From Octopus vulgaris (lineage: Eukaryota), in NCBI GenBank assembly GCA_951406725.2, contig OX597816.1, positions 122,202,001-122,266,000 of the forward strand: DNA of 64,000 nt, in the 5' to 3' direction. The notes beneath the pieces were generated by a model. The model did no database searches and was not told where the DNA came from. It saw nothing but the letters and a program-made list of their open reading frames with translations. Both the position numbers and the translations under genes were made by a program. Within the stretch, counting starts at the first letter, position 1, and each line of letters begins with the position of its first letter. This document shows positions 25,053-38,962 of the stretch, piece after piece.

Positions 25053-25105
<53 letters not shown>

Positions 25106-25325
25106 AATAATAATAATCTTGTCTACATTAGGCACAAGGTCTGAAATTTTGGGAAAGGGAGATAGTTGATTACATCGACCCCACCAGTGATCAAATGGTA
25201 CGTCTTTCATCGACCCTGAAAGGATGCAGGACAGAGTGAACCTCAGCGGAATTTGAACTCAGAATGTAAAGACGGACGAAATGCCGCTAAGCATTTTGTC
25301 CGGCGTGCTAACGATTCTGCCAGCT
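24680..25325 (-). mobile_element. Cluster of SINE family B copies interleaved with (TAA)/(TGA)/(CTA) repeats
   Basis: Copies at ~24680-24895, 24940-25000 and 25118-25325 share AAAGGCAAAGTCGA..GGAATTTGAACTCAGAA and GCTAACGATTCTGCCAGCT. Confidence 0.8.
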
Positions 25326-25864
25326 TAGAGAGAAAGGAGTAAGTATAGTTGAACTGATGCTGAAGATTATTGTGATGATGATCAAGATGATAATAATACA
25401 GTTGATACTGCTGCTGCTGCTGCTGAGGATGATGACAAAGATGATTTATGATGGTAATTTATGATGATGGTCATGGTTGACAGTATACTCGAGTAATGTA
25501 CATGTCAATAAATGCACCATCCATAAATGTTAATAATCATGAGGAGTAGGAGTAGAGAGAGAAGTATAAGAAATATTGTAATTGTTACAGTTACGGTGGG
25601 ATGGTGGTGGTGGTGGGTTTATGATGGTAATGATAAAGATGATATTTTGGAAATCTACAAACGATGCAGTAGCAGTAGTAGTGGTGGGGATTTTCTTGGG
25701 AAAATTCTATATTATGGTGATAGGGGTAATCGATATGATTGAAGCAACGAAGCAAGCAATAAATAAATACAGTGAACCATTGTGGTATGTTTCTTGAGCT
25801 TAGTTCCATAAATCGATAAATTCTGAATAGATCACGATAACAGTATATTGTGGGTCGGAGCAAG

Positions 25865-25933
<69 letters not shown>

Positions 25934-26249
25934 TGTGTGTAATAATGATTACTCTACATAGGTGAAAAGGCAATGAAGTGGAACTACTTTTGACCCTTTT
26001 GAAGTTGCAAAAGTGTCTCCATGTCGAACAGAAAGGTAACGGTTAGTGATCAGAATTAAAGAGACTAGATTCAAACAGCGGTAGTTAAGTGTAACTAAGA
26101 AAATCTGAAATGAAAGTAAAGGATTTTGAACAGAAATGAAAGAATGTTCTTGTAACAGGACAATTCACCGTTTCTTGCTATCTAAAACTATGTATTAAAC
26201 GTATATAATCTCCTATTATAATAATAATAGTAAATAAATAAAAAATAAA

Positions 26250-26494
26250 TGCGCCCTTTTTAAAGCCTAGCCAGGCTCATGGGCCCGGTTTCCCAGTTTC
26301 CATGGCGTATGTGTTCCCCAGCTGGACGGGACGCCAGTCCATCGCATCATTACTCATTTTTGCCAGCTGAGTGGACTGGAGCAACGTGAAATGAAGTGTT
26401 TTGCTCAAGAACACAACGCGTCGCCCGGTCCAAGAATCGAAACCACAATCTTATGATCATGATGCTGACACCCTAACCACTAAGCCACGCGCCT
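26250..26494 (-). mobile_element. tRNA-derived SINE family C (V-domain-like)
   Basis: Reverse strand GAGGCGCGTGGCTTAGTGGTTAGGG (A box) ... GGTTTCGATTC (B box) ... CTTGAGCAAAACACTTCATTTCACGTTGCTCCAGTCCACTCAGCTGG. Confidence 0.85.
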
Positions 26495-26512
26495 CTACAT
26501 AATAATAATAAT

Positions 26513-26973
26513 GGCTTCAAAATTTGGCACAAGTCCTGTAATTCCGGGTGAGGGAGTAAGTCGATTACTTCGATATCTAGAACTCAACTGGTACTTATTT
26601 AATCGATCACTTTGGATGAAAGGCAAAGTCGACCTCGGCGAAATTTGAACGCAGAAAGTAAGGACGGACGAAATGTCGCAAGGCATTTTGTCCGACGTGC
26701 TCGCGAGCTGCCAGCTCGCCCTCTTCACTATAACAACAAAAACAGCAACAACAATAATAATAATCTTTTCTACTATAGGCACACGTCTTGAAATTTGGGG
26801 AAGGGGGACTAGTCGATCACATCGACCCCAGTGTTTCTCCGGTAATTAATTTATCGACTCCGAAAGGATGAACGGCAAAGTCGAGCACGGTGGAATTTGA
26901 ACTCAGAACGTAACGACGACGAAATGTTGCTAAGCATTACGCCCGGCGTGCTAACGATTCTGCTAGCTCGCCT
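26513..26973 (-). mobile_element. Two tandem SINE family B copies
   Basis: 26513-26722 and 26765-26973, both with the family B core and head. Confidence 0.8.
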
Positions 26974-26976
26974 CAT

Positions 26977-27037
26977 CAACAGCAACAATAACAACAACAA
27001 CAACAACAACAACAACAGCAGCAGCAGCAGCAGCAGC

Positions 27038-27126
<89 letters not shown>

Positions 27127-27158
27127 TGATGATGATGATAATAATAATAATGATAATC

Positions 27159-27220
<62 letters not shown>
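26977..27220. repeat. (AAC)/(AGC)/(AAT)n array
   Basis: Seen directly. Confidence 0.95.
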
Positions 27221-27221
<1 letters not shown>

Positions 27222-28380
27222 CTAGATGTGACTAGGAAACTAGACACTGTTATCAGTAGGACAGATGTTAAAAATATAGGAGATTCTAACTCATTGATCT
27301 ATGCAGGAGTGGGTAGTACTTATTAGAAGATTAGATATTCCACAAAGAAAGAGTAGAAAAGAGCAGATGTGGAAAAGGAACTTACAAAATAAAGTGAAAA
27401 CTTTAATACAAGATCTGAGTAGATTAGAAGACTGTAAACTGAATAAATTAGGAAATACAAGATTCAATTCTTCAATTGAGAAAAGACAGGTAGTCAAAGA
27501 GAAAAGATTTGGGACAGTCATAGAAGAGTTGAAACAGTGTATTATAGCAGTAGCAGGTAAGCTTTCCAGATATCAGAAAAGAATAGATTAGGATTAACAA
27601 AATAGATCATTTGAGAGTGATCAGAGGAGATCCTATAACCAAATATATAAGGGAGAAGAAAGTACTGAAAATGAGACACCGAATGCAGAAGAAACTATGT
27701 AAGAGCTCAAGACCAAATTTAGTTCAAGGTTTCTGGCTAAAAAAAAGTTTAGTAGTTTACATAGAAGGCTGAAGGTAGAACTCCAGGGTTGCCTTAATGC
27801 AGAAATAATACCAAATTGGACGACTAGATGGAGAACAATACTCCTTATGAAAGATAAAAGCAAAGATGATACAGATAGCAATTATAGACCAAACATTTGC
27901 GTACCATTACCGTGGAAGCTGTTTACAGGAATGCATTCAGAAAGCATTTACGAGTGCCTTGACAACCAGAGTTTACTGCCAGAAGAACAGAAAGGTTGCA
28001 GGAAGAAGGCTAGAGGAACGCATGATCCATTATACATAGAGAAAGCAGATCTAAATGAAGTAAAAGCTAGAAAGAAAATTCTAACAATAGCATGGATAGA
28101 TTACAAAAAAGCCTATGACATGATCCCACACTCATGGAAAAGTGAATGTTTGAGTATATTCAGTATAGCAGACAACATAAGAGAATTAATTAGCTTTAGC
28201 ATGAAGAAATGGAAAGTAGATCTCTACTCAGGTGACACAGTCTCAGGGAAGGTTAATATCGAGAGAGGAATTTTCCAAAGAGACTCATTATCCATTTCAA
28301 TATTTGTCATTTGTTTGATTCTCCTCAGTTTAATATTAAGGAAGGAAAAGGCAGGGTACCAGTTCATAAATAGTATATAA
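27221..28380 (+). mobile_element. R4/Dong-clade non-LTR retrotransposon RT fragment
   Basis: NYRPNIC..WKLFTG, LLPEEQKGC, AWIDYKKAYDMIPHSW, RGIFQRDSLS are typical of R4/Dong RT; abuts a (TAA)n array. Confidence 0.75.
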
Positions 28381-28689
28381 ATCCGTTTTAAAGAAACGGA
28401 AAACATGCTAAGTCATATTAAATAAATAGTAAATCCTAAATCTTAAACCCGACTTACTTCCGATTACAATTGGATAATCGTAATATGGTAAAGTTTAAAT
28501 AAATATCTGAAAAACCCTACTTATATCCAGAAGAGCAAGAGGGACGACACAAGCCACACCATATACTAATCAATAGAAGTAAAACATCACTATTAGACAT
28601 GACGGGATGGTCTAGTGCAAAGCATTTAATTACCTAGGCAGCCGCATCTGAGATAATGCACGACTGGACCAGGAAATCACATACATAAT

Positions 28690-29170
28690 GAGCAGAGCTA
28701 GTGTTTCATTTGGCAGGCTGCAGGGGAGGCTATGGTAAAATAGGTATGTTTCTATACGGGTGAAATGTAAGGTATAGGCTATAGTACTTTCTTCCCAGCT
28801 GTATGGAGCTGAAACCTGAAGAGTCTATAAAGAATGTATGATGAGACAACTGCGACAAATTATGAATATCGCTCTCCTTGACAAGATCAGGAACGAAGAG
28901 ATCTTGCGGTGTGCTGGTCTGCCACCTATGGTGGAAATCCTCCTTGATAGAAATCGGTTGGGGGACGTACACAGGATGGACCACAGCAGACTCCCCTGGC
29001 AACTCATTTACTCCCAGCTATAGAAGAGGAAAAGAAACCATGGATGACCTAGACTGTGATTCAAAGATATTGCAAATGGGAGTATCAAGCGGAAAGGAAT
29101 TGATCTCAATAAATGGCAAAATCAAGCGAAAAACCAACCTGTATGGAGAAAGCCAATAAAATCATGCCCA
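28690..29170 (+). mobile_element. RTE LINE 3' fragment
   Basis: YGAET(W)..LRQIMNI...DKIRNEEILRCAGLP...VHRMDHSRLPWQLIYSQL. Confidence 0.75.
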
Positions 29171-30054
29171 AGTCATAAACAGTCATAGTTGTAATGTCTG
29201 ACTGTAGATAACTGATCAATAAACCCCAATCCGAAGATTACAGATGGAGGAAGAAAGGTTTGTGCAGGTTGGAGCAGATTGAGAGCTACATATTATTGAC
29301 CGAGTCGGCCGAATCGTTAGGATGTTGGATAGGATGCTTCAGGGTATTTGTTCTGGCTGCAATTGCTTTGAGTTCAAACGCCACTCAAATCAACTTTTCT
29401 TGCCATCCTTTCACGGTTGATAGGTTTGCTACTCTGGGTTCACAAACTGGTGCAGAAAATTGGATTGGATGACTTGCGGTATTTGTTGTGATACTTTGTA
29501 TTCTTGAGTTCAAGTCTTGCCATGGTTTTCTCGGATAGTATATTAAATCTTTCAGGCTGTTAAGCGCCATTACATTGCACCATAGCAAGATTTGAATTCA
29601 GGATACAAAGTACCAGAATACCGCAAGGCATCCAGAATTTCCTTACAGCTCCACCAGTTTGTCGACCCACGTATGCTTTTAGTGTACCCCACTCTTGCAA
29701 TCATTCGGGCTTGGCTTCCGCCATATCCACCTTGCGTCTTGGATGCCCTCTAAGGAGTGGTAGACATGTTGGCCGAAAGATAAAGTCGATCCTGGAAACA
29801 TACGTGAGCAATGTAGCTCCATTCAACACCTGAGATATTCCAAGAGAGAATTCCTGTCTCATACTTTTCTGCCATACTTTTTTAACAACATGTTAAAATG
29901 AAGCTAATTAAAAGGAAACTTATTATTAAAGGGAAACTTAATTATATGCTTGAGAAATATTGAATAGTGAATTATACCAAACACAGGATTGCAAATACCT
30001 TAGTATTAATAAACAAAGAGCAAAATATTAGGAATATAATATTATAGCCACATT

Positions 30055-30270
30055 CGAGGTGACAAGCTTAACAGAATCGTTAGCACACCGACCAAAATGC
30101 TTAACGGTATTTCTCTCATCTGTACTTTCTAAGTTCAAATTCCTTCGAGGTAGACTTTCCTTTCATCCTTTCGAGGTTAGTAAACTCTTATTTTATCAGT
30201 TCAGCCCTGGGGTCGAAGTAACCGATCTCTTCAATCTCCAGAAATTGCTGGACTTGTGCCAAAATTTGAA
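30055..30270 (+). mobile_element. SINE family B
   Basis: CAGAATCGTTAGCACACCG...GTTCAAATTCC...CCTTTCATCCTTTCGAGGTT. Confidence 0.7.
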
Positions 30271-30559
30271 ATCAACATTATATGACACGTTCAATTATAA
30301 CTTAAAAGAAAGTGAATGCGAAAAAAAACGCAACAAAAAACAAAAAATAAAAACCAAAGCAAGGTAATAGCTGTAAACCAACAAATAATTTATACTTACA
30401 ATATTCTCAGCAGTACACTAAATCAATTAACCGAGTAGACAGAAATGAAAGAAAATATACTTATTGAATTTAATACACATGGCGAGAAAAAATGAACAAA
30501 ACCTTAAAGAAAAAACAGTAAAAGTAAACCAGACTATTTTCTCTATTCAAGGAAGCCAA

Positions 30560-32600
30560 CAAATAGGAAATATATTTGTGAAAAATGAGAAGCTGTACAA
30601 AAAATGAGAAATTGCACAAAAGCTAAAAACTATGTAGAGAGGAATAAAACACTAGACGACTTCTGCAACCGTATCCAGAATTCCCCTCACACTTTCTATA
30701 AACCAAAACTTGTAGCAAACTTCAACAACTTACAATGGAAGCACCTACTGCAACTAAAATACGACAAAAGCCTGACAATCAAAGAAGCAGACTAAGGTAG
30801 TGGACACAGAATACTATAAAAACCTAGCATTGTCCATGCTAGATAATGACTCCTTTTATGAAAAGACTGATAATTACAGGCAGCAAAAAACATTAAAAGA
30901 TCTTGCATCTTTAATACTCAAACATGGAAAAGGCCTCACAGAAAAAGACAAATATTATATCACAAACTTTAAATGCAAACCAAGCCTTTTTTATGATCTC
31001 CCCAAAGTTAAAAACAGTCAAATAATTACCAATGCCTGTAAATCAAATCCTAACACCAGAAGATTTAAAATTAAGGCCGATTATAGAGGGCCCAGCCTGT
31101 GAAACTCACCGCCTAAGCAATTTTCTGGACATACTTTTGAAACCTTTCCTCAGATAAATTAAAATTTTCATTAGAGACGATCTGGACATGCTAGAGCATC
31201 TACCAAAAACCACCAACGAAGAAGCAGTATTAGTCTCCTTCGATGTCATCAACCTCTACACCAAGGTTCCACTTAGCTTACGGAATAGAGGCAATAAAAT
31301 TCTGGCTAGAAAAATATCCGAAATTTCTCCTGGACCGCATAAACCAGAATTTTGTCATTGAATCTCTGAAGTTCTACCTACAAAACAACTACTTCCTATT
31401 CGATGAAACATACTACCGCCAAAAAATGCGGTATTGCGATGGGAACAAAAGCAGCGCCTGTCGTTGCGAACCTAATAATGGGTTTCTTTGATTCTACCCT
31501 ATATGAATTTTCGCTCCAAAAATTTGGATCCCCATTTCACTAGTAAATAAGAGAAAACTGGAAAAGGTACCTAGACGATTGTTTTATTATCTGGAATGAT
31601 AAACTTCTGGATTTCAAATCTACATTGAACAATATAAACTCCAATATTCAATTTACAATGGAATATAGTAATGAAGAGCTCGCATTTGTGGACATTTTGA
31701 TAATAAAAAAGATATAACAACCATATTGCAACCGATATCTACTACAAACCAACAGACTCAAAACAGTATCTCCTTATCAGCTCATGCCATGCTAAACACA
31801 CCTAAGTAAATATCCCATTTAATCTAGCATAAATGATCTGTACAATTGTATCTGATACAACAACTCGGGAACGTCGCCTACAAGACCTCAAAAGAACACT
31901 CATTGAACGTGAATACCCACCCGCACTCACCCATGGAATTAAACGTGCCAAAAAAAATTGGACACAAACATACGAAGGACAACAAAACAAAGCACCATAC
32001 CTCACTTTAAATCATACATATCAACCCGAAATCCCCAAAATAAAGAAGCATACAACATAATTGTACAAAATCTCCCTCTGCTCACTCAAAACCCGAAAAT
32101 GAACAGCATTCTGAATATACATAAACTCCTCAAATGCAAACAAAAAGAAACATAAATCATTTAAGAGACTCCTAACGAATGAAAAAATGTACTCAACACA
32201 TACAATATCAACAGTTAAAAATGCGGACGACCTAATTGTGGTACATGCCCATACCTAACTGAAGACTCGGAATTCACATTCCAGCAAGGAGAAAAAATTT
32301 CAATTAAGACCAACTTCTCATGTGCCTCCCAGAAACTAATCTATGTCCTAACCTGCTCAGGTTGCGGCCACAATTATGTGGGCCAAACGAACCTTACTTT
32401 GAGACGCAGAGTTACACTGTATAAAGATCAGATTCGTTTTCCTCAATACAGGCAGATAGCTCTGAGCGAGCATATTGACAGAAGCGCAAGAAATAAAACA
32501 CTGAATTTCCATATTTTCCTTTATACCAATATAAAAATTTAATCTCCTTACAAAGGAAACCTGTTCATGCAAAAGTACAGACCACGCCTTAATATACAAA
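30560..32600 (+). mobile_element. Penelope-like element, decayed ORF (RT + GIY-YIG endonuclease)
   Basis: IKEAD, LPKV, RPIIEG, FDVINLY, KRYLDDCFIIW (~31562), YYKPTD, CGRPNCGTC (~32222), LIYVLTCSGCGHNYVGQT (~32336); many frameshifts. Confidence 0.9.
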
Positions 32601-35447
32601 CTCGACCACCTGATCCATACACACTCCTATTTCAAAATCAAATTTATTTATCACTATTCAATAATACTGAGGAGGTAGTTGTCCCCCTTGCCACCTATTG
32701 CCTCCATTTATCCACTCTCTCCATTCATTCTTACTTTTCAAGAAATCCCAAATGGCGTGATTCCTTTGCCTCAAGGAATGATTACTTCACAGTGAACCTT
32801 GAAAAACTAATTTGAATAGCGACAACCGGTTGGATATCAGTACATTTTATAAGACAGTCCTCCAATTCCTTCCTTCTTTCTGCCGCCGAATTCAATGACG
32901 TCTTTATTACGAACCACCACATCAAAATAAAGTCGAGCAACAATGACAGATCATGCAATAAATTGCAATATAAAAATCGTTCACTTGAAAGTTATGTTAA
33001 ATGAACGATAAGAACGAAACAAGATATGAAATATAAATCACGAAATCCCAAACAAAAGGGTATAACATACAGTTAGAACTACGCCTCCAAGACTTGCAAG
33101 GGAAGACAAAACCGCCATTCATAAGTTACTACTGATATTCAGCTATAATCAGGTAATTCGATGTGAAATCTTGCACTATGAAACACTAGAGCCAGGTACT
33201 GGTATTAAAATGGTCGATGGATCGTGAGTAGCACTGAAAAACGGATGTACACCATCCAAAAGTTTACATTGGCTTTTCCCTCAAATTTAATTCACAAGAT
33301 TTTGATCAATCCTGCCTAGTTGTGATCGAACTCGCACCCACATAGCTATGCTTGCATCCATAAAAATCTGCTATGCTAAAAAGACTTAATCCCCTAACAA
33401 GACACAGAACAATATTGTGATCGAACTGATAAATTCATTACTAGTAGTCGCTGTCTTCTAAAAGAATGGGAATATTTTCACAAATTCAATTAGTTACATG
33501 GAAAAAGTTTTGTGGTTAGACGCATGAATATATTGCAGAGATGCTTTCAAGGAAATTTTATGAAGGTGGTATCCGTCATATTTTAGACAACAAGTTAAAT
33601 TAATAAAATGAAATTATTGCGCGATATTTCCTGAAGTCAGTGTCAGAAGTTTCTTATGTTTCTAACAAGAGAATCGCTGTTGTCCTACGTGTCAACAGAA
33701 TTAAATCATAAAAATGTATTTAGACTAGTCAACTAGTAATGTAAAATTAATGCTCTGAATCAATAAGCTTTTAATTCTATAACAAATTTCGAAATTAAAG
33801 TGTTACTCTTGTCACGAACTGTTCGCCACACTCCCCTCTTTGCCCCTCTTTCCCTCTCTCTCTCTCTCTCTCTCCATATATGTCTCCATTATCTCTTTTT
33901 CTTTGTTATTTACTCTTACCTTAAGGAAAATAAAAACAAAATACGATATATCTTGCATCAAATGAGCCAGCCAAATGAGTCCTTTGTTGAAAATGTTATA
34001 GCAAAAAAAAAATAACAGATGTCTGGCATTTGCCGTCTCATGAATTCTAAATGAACTAGAAAAAAATCACGTAAAACTGTTTTACCGTTTAAGTGTTTAG
34101 TAAACTATCTCAGCAGTCAACCGTTAAAAAAAAAAAACAGTCTCAGCCAATAAATTATATTAAATTAGGAAAATCTTAATGTATTTTCTCTTCTCGAGCT
34201 TAATTTACCTCAAATTAATTTGAAAAGGTTATTAAGTAAAACATGTATGGATTCTAATATAAATGTTTGCTATGATTCGTTAGACCACATAAAGGAAGCG
34301 AAATTCATTTGCATATGAAATTATCAGCCAGCATCATAGAATAAAGGACTCTCATGCGAGTCCGAGAACCATCTCGTTTACTTGTTTTAGGCTTAAAGGG
34401 AAGATAAGAATTCCCATGACACATCTTCCCCTTTCCTTTTCGGATCGTCTCCTTATATCACTGCTGTGCTCGTGGTAACCAATCAGACACAACGGTATCG
34501 GTCAAAATTCTTTTCTATATTTTGTTTCATCCCAGTGAATTTTTAATTTCATGTTTGTTAGAATCAATTTTAACATTGAAATCGCTAATGGCTACCTATA
34601 GAACCAGGAGTGCGGATCAATTAAATCAACTATATATTCTCCCTTGAAAATCGATATCTATTCATGCAGATATTGCTGTATAGTGAGGTTTCCACGAAGA
34701 GAGTCACGAATATCTGATTTGTCAGGATGCCAGTATACCGACCGAAATGATTACGAACTATATCCTATCACACGGTAGCTTAAGTTTCTTAACTATAAAT
34801 AAGTATATTGTGCGAGTACAGCACACAATTGCGATATAAAATATTCTAGATAACATGTTATTTCATAATCAACAGGCAATTTGTAAACTAAATCACGTAG
34901 AGCATATGTGTGTGTGGGTGTGTGTTCGCGCGTGCATGTGTGTGCGTATGTGTGTCTGGTGCATGGCCTCGGGAATCTGGTTTATACTCGTTCAGTTTTC
35001 TTTGGAGATACTGCATGCAAATTGATGGAATATGCTTGTATATATGGTGCATGTTTCTATGTGACTGGTGTGTGTTAATGCATATGCCACCGTTGTTTGT
35101 GCGTACGCATATTTGGTGTGCATCAGTATGTGTGTGAATGCGTATTTGTCTAGTGGATGTGTGAGAGTGTGTGATAGTGTGTATACATGTGTGCATGCGT
35201 GTGTGATGGTATGTGTATGTGAATTTGGTGGGTGCGTGTGTTGGTGTGTGGGTATGTTGGAGTCGAAGCCACCCACATGTAACAGCTTATCCGTAGGGAT
35301 AACCAGATCTAGCATGTGTGTATGTGTACCTAGCAACGCACGTGTATGTGTGTGTATTTGTGTTTCTGGTGTATGTATGTGTATGTACGTGTATGCGTGT
35401 TTGGTGTGTGTGTGTATCTGGTGTGTGTATGGCATCTGACATCGGTG

Positions 35448-35512
<65 letters not shown>

Positions 35513-35541
35513 TTGCTACTGCTGCTGCTGCTGCTGCTACA

Positions 35542-35601
<60 letters not shown>
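35448..35601. repeat. (TAC)n(TGC)n(TAC)n array inside a degenerate TG-rich tract
   Basis: Seen directly. Confidence 0.95.
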
Positions 35602-35972
35602 GTATGCGTGTATATCTAGTGTGTATGTGTTTCCTGTATGAGTGAATGTGGTATGAATGTACATACATGTGTATGCCGATAATACTCCATTCAATGTTTA
35701 GGGAGTCGTTCCGATGGCCGCGATGTCACCAAGGTATAAAGCAGGACAGTGAGATGGAGTTTTCCCATAAAGAATTGATGTCGCTTATATATCAATACCA
35801 GTATGTAAATCTGCATTGACAAATAGCGGCCCAGCACCTAGAAACTATTTTGGATTTCTATCATTCAATCTCTACAAACTTGACGAGCCTACGAAACTTA
35901 AGTTGTATGGAGCCGAGTCAAACCGTTATTAAATAACATATATTAAATAATATATATATGTATATGTATGTG

Positions 35973-36034
<62 letters not shown>

Positions 36035-36036
<2 letters not shown>

Positions 36037-36686
36037 AGCGTGACTTGTAGTAAGAGGCTTCCTTCAGAGCTACATGGCTCCGGGTTCAGTCTCACTGCAT
36101 GGCAACTTGGGCAAGTGTCTTCTAGTATATCCTCAGGCCGACCAAAACTTTGTGAGTGGATTTGGTTGACGGAAGCTGAAAGAAGCCCGTCGTATTATCT
36201 CCCCTTCTTCCTAGCTCTCCAGTCTGACCACCTCTGTCCGGCATTCGCCATGATTCATCGCTAGCCACTAAACCATTAAAAAAATTTCTCTCTCAGTTTA
36301 TTTCTGTGTTCCTTTCTGTTAAAGAGTGTAGGCTCGAAACGTAAAATACTTTTCTATCTGTTTGTAAAAAACTAATCTATCTGTTTGTTGTAAAAAACTA
36401 ATCTATCTGTTTGTTGTTTATACATCCGTCTTCATCTTTTGTTTTGTTTATTTTTTTTTGTAAATTCCAACTATATATTTGTGTCTGTGTTTGTCCCCTT
36501 TCCATCATCACTCGACGACCGATGTTAGTGTGTTTACGTCCCCGTAACTTAGTGATTCGGCAAAAAGACCAATATAAGTACTAGGATTACAAAAAATAAG
36601 TCCTGGGATCGATTTGTTCAATTAAAGGCAATGCTTCAACATGGCCGCAGTCAAATGACTGAAACAAGTAAAAGAATAAAAGAATA
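36035..36686 (+). mobile_element. SINE family A split by a ~280-bp insert (36196-36475) carrying a hammerhead-like motif
   Basis: Head 36035-36195 and tail 36478-36686; insert contains CTTT-CTGTTAAA-GAGTGTAGGCTC-GAAACGTA. Confidence 0.75.
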
Positions 36687-36849
36687 TCTATATAAATAGA
36701 AACATTATTGTTTCTAAATCTCTCAAAGAGAGATATTCAGTAACGTAGCAGTCTTGGATGGGATGAATGTTACTGTTGTTTAGCCCCCGGAATCATTTCG
36801 AACAGGGATCTCAGAACCCTCATCCAGCACAAAGCAACATCTGTGTTTA

Positions 36850-37200
36850 ATGTCCGTACGTTGGCATCTTGTTGGTTTGTGTCGAAAAGCTGTTGTTTTG
36901 CGTACGACGAATCTGGCTGTCCACCGAATCTATAGTGATGATCGATGCGTCATCTGTCCTTTGCTAGGGAAATGAGACAAATCTTTCTCTGCTTGATGGC
37001 TGTGGTGAAAGAGGTTGTGTGGTGGACCCGTCTGAAAGATTCGGAAACAGGTACTTTCCTGTCTGACTAAGCACTAAAAAATTCTTTCAGTATCATTTGA
37101 ATGAATAAGTTGAGAAGTAGAGCGGCAGGTGTTATCTTATAGTATGTATCTCGAAAGGTGGACGAGAGTGGTAAGATCATTGAATTTGAATGGAACTATC
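36850..37200 (-). mobile_element. Decayed LINE RT fragment (RTE-like)
   Basis: Reverse strand PAALLLNLFIQMILKE and DDASII remnants. Confidence 0.4.
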
Positions 37201-37377
37201 CTTAGTTTGCTCTACTAAGTAGGAGGAAAGAAACTGGATGAGGGCACTTTCGTTGCTCTAGAAACGTAAGTGTAATCCTGGGCATTGTGTGTGGACTGTA
37301 CCTTGTATTACCCCAAGCGGACTGTTTTTCATTCTTTGGTATTGCAGTCAACGCTTTGGGCAGCCAATATGTGAAAT

Positions 37378-37388
37378 AACTACTACTT

Positions 37389-37445
<57 letters not shown>

Positions 37446-37485
37446 CTCCTCCTACTACTACTACTCCTACTACTACTACTGCTGC

Positions 37486-37518
<33 letters not shown>

Positions 37519-37540
37519 TGGTACTGCTACTGTTGCTGCT
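37378..37540. repeat. (TAC)n(TGC)n array
   Basis: Seen directly. Confidence 0.95.
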
Positions 37541-38140
37541 GGTGAGATTTGGGTTATACCTTTTTGATAACACTCGACATAGATGAGCAAGTTGCTCTTC
37601 TACATTACTAGCCAGCTGATAGCTTGCATGCAGCCATACACATAGCACGAGTGCGTGTATGCTTATTTCTTTATTGTCTTATAAGACCAATCTTTCATTC
37701 TTGGATCTTTTGTGTGCCCACTGAACCTCTTCTCCTGCCACTGTCACGTATTTTTATGCGAAACATTTTAGATAGCAGATTTACTCAGAGATTTATATGA
37801 TCAGAACACTATATATTTCCGGCTTGCTAAGTTAATTATAGTTCACCGATCGCATTTTCAGTGGTTTTAAAGAGAACGATGTATGAAGGTAACTTTAGAA
37901 GTAAAATGGGGAAGGAGAGCACATTCTACAACTGGCCGAGGGTGCTGAATAATGTGTCACTGGAAGTGACCATAAGAAGTTTTTGTTTACGTGGTGACTG
38001 CTAAATCTATACAATCTGGTGGCATAATATTGATATGAACTAATTATATTGATTATTTGATTTAGAAAACGACCACAGTATTGAGTAAACGAAGCTGGGT
38101 GATGGTTTGTTGCACAGAAATTGCGCTCCTTAGGATGCTG

Positions 38141-38202
<62 letters not shown>

Positions 38203-38360
38203 TGGGTAAGTTTGTAACGGAGTGACGTTCTGTTGAGAGGGAATTTTGGCCTACCAGTACAATCAGAATGTCCACATCATTCGAAAGCTATAAGAAAAGG
38301 AAGCGTGTCGTGATCAACGGTGCATAACATCCGATAATTTGTTTGGTAATGTGATACATG

Positions 38361-38558
<198 letters not shown>

Positions 38559-38922
38559 CATATATATATATATATATATATACAACAAAATATTAAGGAA
38601 TGACCCTGAGAAGGTCGTTCGACTCACTTGAAAAGAGCAGCTAAGCTCAAAACCGCAAGAAATAGTAGTAATTCTGAAACTAGAGGAAAATAAAAAACAT
38701 TTATCCCCTTCAAACTTTGAAGGTTTCAACATCTTCACGCAATCAAATTTAATTAAATTAAATTAAATCCGTTTACGCTTGGCTTGTCTCGTCAGCAAAG
38801 TCACCAAAATAGGAGGCAGATATATATACACGAGGCTACACCATCTAAGTGACTATTTATATTTTCTCACTTGACCGCTGGTGACAGAAAAATTTTTCTT
38901 GAATTTTTTGTTACCCTTATAT

Positions 38923-38962
<40 letters not shown>

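Noticed and set aside
28440-28500. Nested stems resembling a decayed hammerhead on the minus strand
   Set aside because: Core CUGANGA and GAAA both absent
34304-34319. Octamer ATTTGCAT within a palindrome-like TTCATTTGCATATGAA
   Set aside because: Expected by chance in 64 kb of AT-rich DNA; no supporting snRNA or promoter context
38768-38800. Reverse-strand CTGACGA...GTAAACG as a hammerhead-like motif
   Set aside because: Stem II cannot form and GAAA is disrupted; at most a relic
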